Positions 28,555-36,951 of a stretch of 64,000 bases of DNA are shown here, in pieces (position 1 is the first letter of the stretch; each line of letters begins with the position of its first letter). The notes under the pieces were generated by a model. That model saw only the letters and a list, made by a program, of their open reading frames with translations, was not told the origin of the DNA and did no database searches. Origin of the DNA: an uncultured Acidobacteriota bacterium (lineage in GTDB: Bacteria; Acidobacteriota; Vicinamibacteria; Fen-336); contig OY970399.1 in the NCBI GenBank assembly GCA_963720545.1, forward strand, positions 3,008,001 to 3,072,000, written 5' to 3'. Both the position numbers and the translations under genes were made by a program.

Positions 28555-31500
28555 ATGGCCACGCCGGCGCTCGACACTCCCATCCTCGATGTCCTCATCC
28601 GGGATTTCGGCGGCAACTATTTCTTCGCCCTCGACCTGTTCGCGGAGTACGAGCGCGACCGGCACGCCGTGGACGCGAGCTGGCGCGAGTATTTCGACAA
28701 CGCAACCGGCCGGCCGGCGGGCGGCAACGGCGCGTCGGCTGACACCGCTGAACTGCAGCCTGTAGCAGCCGCTCCAGCCGCTCCAGTGGCGGCGGCTGCG
28801 CCGGCCACCGAACCCGCGGCGACAGCGTCCAGCGACGCCCGCATCGCCGAGGTGGTGACAACGCCGCCGCCCAGCCTCGCGAAACCGGCAACCCGCGCGA
28901 TGGCGGTGCCGACCATCCTTCCCGGCGACATCGCCCAGCCGATCCGCGGCGGCGCACTGCGCGTCGTCGAGAACATGGAGGCGAGCCTTCAGGTCCCGAC
29001 CGCCACTTCGGTCCGCACCATCCCGGTGCGCACTCTCGAGGAGAACCGCCGCATCCTCAACAAGCACCGCGAGCTGGTGGGGCAGTCGAAGGTGAGCTTC
29101 ACGCATCTCATCGCCTGGGCCATCCTGCGAGCACTCGACGCCCATCCGCGCCTCAACGACGCCTACGGCGAGCTCGAGGGCAAGCCGCATCGCATCCAGC
29201 GCGAGTCGGTGCGGCTCGGCGTCGCGGTCGACGTGCAGCGCAAGGACGGCAGCCGCTCGCTGCTGGTGCCGAACGTCAAGGACGCGAACCGCCTCGATTT
29301 CCCGGGCTTCCTGAAGGCCTTCGACGACGTGGTGGCACGCTCGCGCAAGGGCACCATCTCGCCCGACGAGTTCATCGGCACGACCCTGTCGCTCACCAAT
29401 CCCGGCACCGTCGGCACCACCTCGTCGGCGCCGCGCCTGCTGCCGGGGCAGGGCCTCATCGTCGCCACCGGCGCGCTCGACTACACCGCCGAGTACCGGG
29501 CGATGGCGCCGCGCACCTTGTCGATCCTCGGCATCAGCAAGGTGATGACGATGACCTCGACCTACGACCATCGCATCATCCAGGGCGCCGAATCGGGAAT
29601 GTTCCTGGCGCGCGTCGAGGCGCTGCTGCGCGGCGACGACGGATTCTACGAGCGCGTCTTCGACGAGCTGTCGCTGCCGCACCGCCCGGTGCGCTGGGAG
29701 ATCGACGAAGCGCCGGCGCTCGGCGCCTCATCGGGCGGCACCGACGAGGCCACGTGGAAGCAGGCGAAGGTCCTGCAGTTGATCCACGCCTACCGCGTGC
29801 GCGGCCACCTGATCGCCGACCTCGACCCCCTCGACTCGACGCGCGCGCCGCACAAGGATCTCGATCCGCACAACTACGGCCTCACCATGTGGGACCTCGA
29901 CCGGGAGTTCATCACCAACGGACTCTCGGGCAAGGACCGCGCCACGCTGCGCGAGAGCCTCGACGTGCTGCGCGACACCTACTGCGGCACGATCGGCGTC
30001 GAGTACATGTACATCGCCGACACCGACCGCAAGGAGTGGCTGCAGCACCGCATGGAGGCGGCGCGCAACAGCAAGCACCTCGATGCCGCCGGACGGCGCC
30101 GCATTCTCGAGAAGCTGGTGGAGGCCGAGAGCTTCGAAAGGTTCCTGCACACCAAGTACATCGGCCACAAGCGCTTCTCGCTGGAAGGCGGCGAGGCGCT
30201 CATTCCGCTCCTCGACCGGGTGCTGAACGACGCGGCGCAGTCGGGCGCGGTGGAAGCGATCATCGGCATGCCACACCGCGGCCGGCTCAACGTGCTCGCG
30301 AACGTCGTCGGCAAGCCGCTGGCGCAGATCTTCAACGAGTTCGAAGGCCAGGTGGACCCGAACGCAACCCAGGGCTCGGGCGACGTCAAGTACCACCTGG
30401 GCGCCACCGGCACGCACCGCTCGCCGGGCGGCGAGCCGCTGGCGGTGAGCGTCGCTCCGAACCCGAGCCATCTCGAGTTCGTGAATCCGGTGGTCGAGGG
30501 CATGGTGCGCGCGCGCCAGGAGGCGCTCGGCGACAAGGAGCACGCGCGCGTCATCCCGATCCTGCTGCACGGCGACGCGGCGTTCGCCGGCGAGGGCATC
30601 GTCGCGGAAACGCTCAACCTCGCGGGGCTCGCCGGCTACAGCACCGGCGGCACCATCCACGTGGTGGTCAACAACCAGATCGGCTTCACCACCATGCCGG
30701 ACGACGCGCGCTCGTCCACCTACTGCAGCGACATCGCCAAGATGGTGCACGCGCCGGCCTTCCACGTGAACGGCGACGATCCCGAGGCGGTCGTCTACGT
30801 CGCCGGCCTCGCGTTCGAGTACCGCCAGCGCTTCCACCAGGACGTGGTCATCGACATGGTGTGCTATCGCCGCTGGGGCCACAACGAAGGCGACGAGCCG
30901 AGCTACACGCAGCCGCTGATGTACGCCAAGATCAAGAACCACACCTCGGTGGGCGTGCTCTACGGCGAGAACCTGGTGCGCCAGAACCTCATGACCCGCG
31001 AGGAGCTCGACGCGGTTTGGGCGGAGAAGAAGGCGCAGATGCAGCGCGAGGGCGACGGCAGCGCGTTCGCCGCCACCTCCCACAAGGACCAGACGCCGCC
31101 GGCCTCGGTCGACGCCGCCACCATGACCGAGAGACTGCGCGCCGTGCTGCACGTCCTCGGCACCGTGCCCGAGGGTTTCGAAATCCACCCCAAGCTGCTG
31201 CCGCACCTGAGGAAGCGCGCCGACCTGCTCGAGGGCAAGGGCGACGTGGACTGGGCGACCGCCGAGGCGCTGGCCTTCGGCACGCTCGTCATGGAAGGCA
31301 TCCCGGTGCGCCTCTCGGGCCAGGATTCCGGGCGCGGCACCTTCAGCCAGCGCCATGCCGTGCTGGTCAACATCCGCACCGGCCGCGAGTACGTGCCGCT
31401 CAACGCCGTGGCGCCGCCGGGCGTGCGCTTCGAGGTGGTGGACAGCATGCTGTCCGAAACCGCGGTCATGGGCTTCGACTTCGGCTACGCGGTCGCGAAC

Positions 31501-32283
31501 CACAACGCGCTGGTGCTGTGGGAAGCGCAGTTCGGCGACTTCGCCAACGTCGCGCAGGTGATCATCGACCAGTTCCTGGCCGCGTCCGAAACCAAGTGGG
31601 GCCAGCCGGTGGGGCTGACCCTGCTGCTGCCGCACGGCCACGAAGGCCAGGGGCCGGAGCACAGCAGCGCGCGCCTCGAGCGGTTCCTGACCCTCTGCGC
31701 CGAGAACAACATGCGCGTCTGCTATCCGTCGACGCCCGGCTCCTACTATCACCTCCTGCGCCGCCAGGCGCGCGACGTCACCGAGAAGCCGCTCATCGTG
31801 ATGACGCCGAAGAGCCTGCTGCGCCTGCCCGCCTGCACCTCGACGCTGTCGTCGCTCGCCGAGGGCGGCTTCGCCGAGGTCATCGACGACGGCCAGGTCG
31901 ACCCGGCGCGCGTGCGCCGCGTCGTGTTCCTGAGCGGCAAGCTCTACTACGACGTGGTCAAGGCGCGCGACGAGCAGCGCATCGGCGACGTGGCGCTGGT
32001 GCGCCTCGAGCAGCTCTATCCGTTCCCCGGGCCGGTCGTCGCCTCGCTGCTGCAGCGCTACGCCGCGGCGCGCGATGTCGTCTGGGCGCAGGAGGAGCCG
32101 CGCAACACCGGCGCGTGGCGCTTCGTGCGCGAGCGCTTCCTCGACGGCGAGGTCCCGGGCAACGACGGCACGCGGCTGCGCTACGTCGGCCGCGACGCCT
32201 CGGCGTCACCTGCGCCCGGCTCGTTGAAGCTGCACCAGGCCGAACAGGAGCAGATCGTCGCGGAGTGCCTCAGCCAGTCGTAG
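28555..32283 (+). CDS. kgd: Multifunctional 2-oxoglutarate decarboxylase/dehydrogenase (E2 catalytic domain fused to E1)
   Basis: N-terminal VDASWREYF, acyltransferase domain TYDHRIIQGAESG, then E1 motifs KRFSLEG, GMPHRGRLN, HGDAAF, WEAQFGDF and GQGPEHSSAR. Confidence 0.93.
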   Translation: MATPALDTPILDVLIRDFGGNYFFALDLFAEYERDRHAVDASWREYFDNATGRPAGGNGASADTAELQPVAAAPAAPVAAAAPATEPAATASSDARIAEVVTTPPPSLAKPATRAMAVPTILPGDIAQPIRGGALRVVENMEASLQVPTATSVRTIPVRTLEENRRILNKHRELVGQSKVSFTHLIAWAILRALDAHPRLNDAYGELEGKPHRIQRESVRLGVAVDVQRKDGSRSLLVPNVKDANRLDFPGFLKAFDDVVARSRKGTISPDEFIGTTLSLTNPGTVGTTSSAPRLLPGQGLIVATGALDYTAEYRAMAPRTLSILGISKVMTMTSTYDHRIIQGAESGMFLARVEALLRGDDGFYERVFDELSLPHRPVRWEIDEAPALGASSGGTDEATWKQAKVLQLIHAYRVRGHLIADLDPLDSTRAPHKDLDPHNYGLTMWDLDREFITNGLSGKDRATLRESLDVLRDTYCGTIGVEYMYIADTDRKEWLQHRMEAARNSKHLDAAGRRRILEKLVEAESFERFLHTKYIGHKRFSLEGGEALIPLLDRVLNDAAQSGAVEAIIGMPHRGRLNVLANVVGKPLAQIFNEFEGQVDPNATQGSGDVKYHLGATGTHRSPGGEPLAVSVAPNPSHLEFVNPVVEGMVRARQEALGDKEHARVIPILLHGDAAFAGEGIVAETLNLAGLAGYSTGGTIHVVVNNQIGFTTMPDDARSSTYCSDIAKMVHAPAFHVNGDDPEAVVYVAGLAFEYRQRFHQDVVIDMVCYRRWGHNEGDEPSYTQPLMYAKIKNHTSVGVLYGENLVRQNLMTREELDAVWAEKKAQMQREGDGSAFAATSHKDQTPPASVDAATMTERLRAVLHVLGTVPEGFEIHPKLLPHLRKRADLLEGKGDVDWATAEALAFGTLVMEGIPVRLSGQDSGRGTFSQRHAVLVNIRTGREYVPLNAVAPPGVRFEVVDSMLSETAVMGFDFGYAVANHNALVLWEAQFGDFANVAQVIIDQFLAASETKWGQPVGLTLLLPHGHEGQGPEHSSARLERFLTLCAENNMRVCYPSTPGSYYHLLRRQARDVTEKPLIVMTPKSLLRLPACTSTLSSLAEGGFAEVIDDGQVDPARVRRVVFLSGKLYYDVVKARDEQRIGDVALVRLEQLYPFPGPVVASLLQRYAAARDVVWAQEEPRNTGAWRFVRERFLDGEVPGNDGTRLRYVGRDASASPAPGSLKLHQAEQEQIVAECLSQS

Positions 32284-33448
32284 CCGGCTGCGGCAGCGCC
32301 TGCGGCGCCACCACCCGGTTGCGGCCGCGGCCCTTCGCTTCGTAGAGCGCGCGGTCCGCTAGGATCACCAGCGAGTCGTCGCCGGTTGCCTGCATCGCGT
32401 CCAGCATGGCGATCCCGATCGAAACCGTCAGGCGCAGCACCAGCCCCTTCGAGACGTAGACCTCGGCGGCGGCGGCGGCGCGCAGCCGCTCGGCGACGCC
32501 GATCGCCTCCTGGAGGCTCGTCTCCGGCAGCACCACCAGGAACTCCTCGCCGCCGAATCGGCCCATCGAGTCCTGCGCGCGCAGGCACTGGGCCACGGTG
32601 CCGACGAACTGGCGCAGGACGTCGTCGCCGGCATGATGGCCGTGGCGGTCGTTGATCCTCTTGAAGTGGTCGATGTCCACCATCAGCACGCCCATGCTGG
32701 CACCGGAGCGCCGCGAGCGCGCTTCCTCCTTGCGCAGCAGCTCCTCGATGGTGCGGCGGTTGTAGGTTTCGGTGAGCGAGTCGAGGGTGGCGAGCCGGTG
32801 CAGCTCGCCGTTGGCGCGCTCGTGCAGCATCAGCACGAAGCCGAAGCCCAGCAGCACCAGCACGTGATAGGTGAAGAACGAAAGGTCCTGCAGGTAGGTG
32901 ACGGTGGTGGTCACGGGCGACGCCTGGTTGAGCGCGACGCCGAAGCCGCCGCGCGCGACTTCGGTGACGCCGGCGGCCAGGAAGCCGGCGCCGGTGAAGA
33001 AGTGCGCGATCGACGGCCGGCGGCGATCGGCGTAGAGGAGTTCGCCAGCGCTCGCGAGGTCCCAGGCGCCCTTGATCGCGACCATCAGGAAGCGGCCGCG
33101 TGAATTGGCGTCGTGCAGCAGTGCCAGGGTCGTGATCACCGGCACCGCGAACACCGTGAGGCCGCCCAGCCGCGACGGATACGACTTGCCCTTGAAGCGG
33201 CGGATCGCCTCGTAGAAGGACACCGAAGAGAAAACCATGAGCCCGTGCGCCACGGCGAGCCCCGGGAGCATCCAGCCTGGGCCACGCAGGAACAGGATGA
33301 TCGCGGCCGCCACCATGGCCCACAGTCCGCGCGTCCACTCGCGCGTGCCGAGGCCTGGGTGGGTGCGCTGCACCACTGTCATCCCGACGGCGCAGAACAG
33401 CAGCGTCAGCGCGGTGAAGAAGAACGCGGTGCGCAGGTCGAGGCTCAC
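32270..33448 (-). CDS. Membrane-anchored diguanylate cyclase (GGDEF)
   Basis: About 6 TM helices, then DSLT, DIDHFKRIND and RAQD (I-site) followed by RFGGEEF. GTG start overlapping the M20 stop. Confidence 0.92.
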   Translation of the reverse strand: MSLDLRTAFFFTALTLLFCAVGMTVVQRTHPGLGTREWTRGLWAMVAAAIILFLRGPGWMLPGLAVAHGLMVFSSVSFYEAIRRFKGKSYPSRLGGLTVFAVPVITTLALLHDANSRGRFLMVAIKGAWDLASAGELLYADRRRPSIAHFFTGAGFLAAGVTEVARGGFGVALNQASPVTTTVTYLQDLSFFTYHVLVLLGFGFVLMLHERANGELHRLATLDSLTETYNRRTIEELLRKEEARSRRSGASMGVLMVDIDHFKRINDRHGHHAGDDVLRQFVGTVAQCLRAQDSMGRFGGEEFLVVLPETSLQEAIGVAERLRAAAAAEVYVSKGLVLRLTVSIGIAMLDAMQATGDDSLVILADRALYEAKGRGRNRVVAPQALPQPATTG

Positions 33449-34740
33449 CTCTCTCCCATGCCGTTGAGGTCGAGCAGCGTCAGCGCGATCACCTTGGTGG
33501 CCGCGACCAGGTCGTCGATGCCGCACCACTCGTCGGGCTGGTGGGCGAGGTCGAGGATTCCCGGCCCGTAGGCGACGCAGTGTTCCAGGCCGCCGATGCG
33601 CGCGACGTGCTTCTGGTCGTAGGTGCCCGGGCTCGCGATGTGGGTGGCGGAGCGGCCCAGGACGCTCATCACCGAACGCTCGAGCGCCTGCACCAGCGGC
33701 GAATCGGGAGGAGCCGCCGAGGGATGCACCACCATGCGGTCCTTCAGTTCGTACTCGAATTCCGGGAAGCGGCGGCGCATGTCTTCGAGCAGCGCAGCGA
33801 TCTCCGCGCGTGCGGCATCGAAGCCTTCCTCGACGAGGAAGCGCCGGTCGAAAATGGCATGGCAGCGGTCCACCACGCAGGGGCTCTGGACTTCGCTGTC
33901 CGCCTGTCCGCCCCAGAGAGCGTTGACGTTGATGGTCGCGTGCCGGGCGCCGTCGGGCACCACCGGCACCGCGGTGCGGCGCGCGAACAGCGCCGGCTTC
34001 AGCTCGTTGCGCACCACCTCGAGAAACGCGGCCATCGACTCGACGGCGCTGCGGCCGAGAAACGGCATCGAGCCGTGCGCGACGCGGCCGCGCGTCGTCA
34101 CCTCGAACCAGTAGACGCCGCGGTGGCCGAGGCAGATGCGGTCGACGTTGAGCGGCTCCGGGATGATGACGTAGTCGGTGCGGCCCTTGCGGATGCGGCC
34201 GATCTCGCACAGGTGGGCGACGCCGGCGAAGCCGCCGCTCTCCTCGTCCACGGTGCCGCTCAGCTCGACGCTCCCCGGCAGCTCGATGCCGGCGCGGCGC
34301 AGGGCCTCGGCGGCGAACAGGCCGGCGGCGATGCCGGCCTTCATGTCACCGGTGCCGCGGCCGTAGATCCTGCCGTCCTTGATGGTGCCGGCCCACGGGT
34401 CGACGGTCCAGCCCTCGCCGGCCGGGACCACGTCGAAATGGCCGTTGATGTGGACGAGCGGCCCGCGCCCGGTGCCGGCGCGCGCGCCCACCACGTTGAC
34501 GCGCGGGTGCTGCCGGGTGTGCTCCTTGTGGCCGTCCGCCTCGATGTATTCGACGCCGAAACCGCAGCGCGCGAGGTGCCGCCCGATCGCGAGCGCGCCG
34601 TCGCGGTAGTTCTCGCCCGGCGGGTTGACAGTGGGAATGCGCACCAACTCCACCGTCAGGGCGACGATCTCTTCGCGCAGGTCGTCCACGGCGCGCAGCG
34701 CGCGCTCGGCAAGGGCGTGCGGCAGGCTGGTCGTCGTCAT
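33445..34740 (-). CDS. M20 family acetylornithine deacetylase/succinyl-diaminopimelate desuccinylase-like hydrolase
   Basis: NGHFDVVP, GRGTGDMK, DEESGG, IIPEP and AHQPDE motifs. Confidence 0.92.
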   Translation of the reverse strand: MTTTSLPHALAERALRAVDDLREEIVALTVELVRIPTVNPPGENYRDGALAIGRHLARCGFGVEYIEADGHKEHTRQHPRVNVVGARAGTGRGPLVHINGHFDVVPAGEGWTVDPWAGTIKDGRIYGRGTGDMKAGIAAGLFAAEALRRAGIELPGSVELSGTVDEESGGFAGVAHLCEIGRIRKGRTDYVIIPEPLNVDRICLGHRGVYWFEVTTRGRVAHGSMPFLGRSAVESMAAFLEVVRNELKPALFARRTAVPVVPDGARHATINVNALWGGQADSEVQSPCVVDRCHAIFDRRFLVEEGFDAARAEIAALLEDMRRRFPEFEYELKDRMVVHPSAAPPDSPLVQALERSVMSVLGRSATHIASPGTYDQKHVARIGGLEHCVAYGPGILDLAHQPDEWCGIDDLVAATKVIALTLLDLNGMGER

Positions 34741-34764
34741 GATTCAGCCGCCATTCTATGGCGG

Positions 34765-36951
34765 TCAGACGAGCCGCTTCAGCGTCCTCGGGCGCGGCCA
34801 GGGGCTCGGCACCTCGCCGGGCACGGTGGCGGGCAGGCCACACAGGCCGCGTGCCGCCTGCATGCCGGACATCACCGCCGATTCGACGGCGCCGCCGAGG
34901 CCGGTGAACAACCAGTCCCCGGCGAGGGCCAGGTTGGTGAAGCCAGAGGTGTCGGCTTCGAGGCGGTAGCGGGCGGTGCCGGGAAGGTCGAGGACGTAGC
35001 GTTCCGAGGGCGTGTAGTTGGCCCGTACGTATTGCGCCGCGAAGCGGGCCTCGCCGGTCTGGTTCGCGATGTCGCAGAGGAGGTCGAAGCGCAGCGCGCG
35101 CGGATCGTCGGGCGCGACCGAGGCGGGGTAGAGGTGCGCCAGGTAGCTCTGGCACCACGCGTAGGCGTTCGCCTCGGCAAGCTGCGTCTGCCCGGCGCCG
35201 TACCCGGGATCGGGGCCTTGCGGCATCCCCGGCGGGTTCAGCATCGGGCCGCAGAAGTAGACGATTGCCTGCGGCTCTTCCCCGGCAGGCCAGTCCTCGC
35301 GCGGGATCACGCCCGACATGTCTGACCAGCTCTCGAACGGCTGGCCGTAGGCGGTGCCTGTGGTGTTGCCCATGGGCCAGCCGAGGCGCCCCACATCGGG
35401 CTTCCACCAAAGTTGCAGCGCCTGTGTCTGGATGGTCTGCAGGTTCGCGACCATCTCGCGCCAGTCGCTGCTCTTCGCGATCAGGTCCGAACAGATGCCA
35501 GGAAACGCGCCGATCGAGATGCCGAGCACCGCGGCGTCGAAGTCGACGCCGGCGTGCATCTCGAGCGTGCCCACCGGAGCCCAGTTCGTCCACGGATCCT
35601 CGAGGTTGGCGCCGCGCGCCTGTATCGCCGCGGCCTGCGCCGGATCGAGCTGTGCGAAGAGCGGCTCGGAAGGCCAGCTCGGCAGGCCGTTCACCACCTG
35701 CAGCGGGTCGTACTCGGCGCGGCCCGGCGCCAGGTCGGCCTGGCGGCCGATGCGGATCGTTTCGACGCGCGTGCCGTCCGCGGCCACAGCGAGGTCCAGG
35801 ACCTCGTGGAAGAAGCGGAAGGTGACGCCGTTGCGCTTGCACATTTCGTAGATCGGCCCGAAGCACGCATCGCCCATCCCCGACTGCATCTTCCAGAACA
35901 AGGCGCCCTTGTATTCGCCGACCACGCGCAGCAGGTGCAGCAGGCCCATGCCGGCGCTCATCCGCGGCCGGCTGCGGTCGCCGTTCTCGTAGGCGAAGAA
36001 ATAGTCGTAGAAGCCGCGCAGCGGCGCCGACTGCAGCGCCAGCTCGGTCGCGCCGTGGCGGCCGAGCCATTCGGTGAGGTCGTAGTCGTCGATCGCCATG
36101 AAGCCGTGCTGGTCGATGCCGTCGGCGATCATGCCGCGGGCCGCGGCGAAACCGAGGTCGGCGAGCACGAACAGCCGGCGCGCTTCGTTGTCCTCGGCGA
36201 CCGCGCGCTCGGCGGCGTGCGCCAGCCAGCGCGCGAGCGTGTCGAGCAGGATGAGGATCAGCGAGTGGTCGCTGGCGCGCAGCGCCGGCGCGCCGGTGCT
36301 GGCGGCGCTGCGCACTTCCGCGTGCACGCGCTCGAAGACGTCGGCCGGGGTCGGGGGCGCGGGGGGCGCGAGGCTTGCGCTGCCGCCGAAGATCGAGGCG
36401 AGATGCACGAAATGGTGGCGCTCGCCGACCGCGTCGGTGAGTGCCTGCAGCACGCTCGTGTGCGGGAATGCGAACACCGCCGCCTTGATCCAGCCGACCA
36501 GCATCTCGATGTATTCCCAGACACTCGGCAGGCGCGCGCCCTCTCCGGGCACGCCGTCGTTGGTGGCAGACGGTACCGGCCAGGTCGCGAACCTGCCGTC
36601 CACCTGCTCCTGCCAGGTGACGAACGGGTGCGGGCGGAACGCCTCGTCCCAGGTGCGCAGCGGCGCGCCTTCTGGGCGGCCGAGAGCACCGTAGCAGTCC
36701 TGCATGAGGCGGAACGCGTTGTAGTAGAAGCCCCCCCAGACGTGCAGGCCGTGCTCCTCGATGCGGTTCGCGACGGCGGCATTGCGCCCGCTCGCACCCT
36801 TGCCGCCGAGCCGCCAGCCGATCTGGTAGACGGTGACGTCGAGCGCCGCGCGCAGCTCTGCGGTCGAAGAGAGGTAATAGGCAGCGCTCATGGCGCCGGC
36901 GCCGCCGCCGAGGATCGCGACCTTCTTCTTCGCCGCCTGCGGTTCGTTCAT
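34765..36951 (-). CDS. FAD/NAD(P)-binding oxidoreductase (COG3349-like), paralogue 2
   Basis: Rossmann motif ILGGGAGA, GWRLGGKGASGR, EEHGLH and C-terminal LAGDW...VESAV. Confidence 0.8.
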   Translation of the reverse strand: MNEPQAAKKKVAILGGGAGAMSAAYYLSSTAELRAALDVTVYQIGWRLGGKGASGRNAAVANRIEEHGLHVWGGFYYNAFRLMQDCYGALGRPEGAPLRTWDEAFRPHPFVTWQEQVDGRFATWPVPSATNDGVPGEGARLPSVWEYIEMLVGWIKAAVFAFPHTSVLQALTDAVGERHHFVHLASIFGGSASLAPPAPPTPADVFERVHAEVRSAASTGAPALRASDHSLILILLDTLARWLAHAAERAVAEDNEARRLFVLADLGFAAARGMIADGIDQHGFMAIDDYDLTEWLGRHGATELALQSAPLRGFYDYFFAYENGDRSRPRMSAGMGLLHLLRVVGEYKGALFWKMQSGMGDACFGPIYEMCKRNGVTFRFFHEVLDLAVAADGTRVETIRIGRQADLAPGRAEYDPLQVVNGLPSWPSEPLFAQLDPAQAAAIQARGANLEDPWTNWAPVGTLEMHAGVDFDAAVLGISIGAFPGICSDLIAKSSDWREMVANLQTIQTQALQLWWKPDVGRLGWPMGNTTGTAYGQPFESWSDMSGVIPREDWPAGEEPQAIVYFCGPMLNPPGMPQGPDPGYGAGQTQLAEANAYAWCQSYLAHLYPASVAPDDPRALRFDLLCDIANQTGEARFAAQYVRANYTPSERYVLDLPGTARYRLEADTSGFTNLALAGDWLFTGLGGAVESAVMSGMQAARGLCGLPATVPGEVPSPWPRPRTLKRLV

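Noticed and set aside
26083..31752. 1199-aa and 674-aa minus-strand ORFs
   Set aside because: Antisense to the GT-C and kgd genes; Arg/Ala/Gly-rich with no domain signal.
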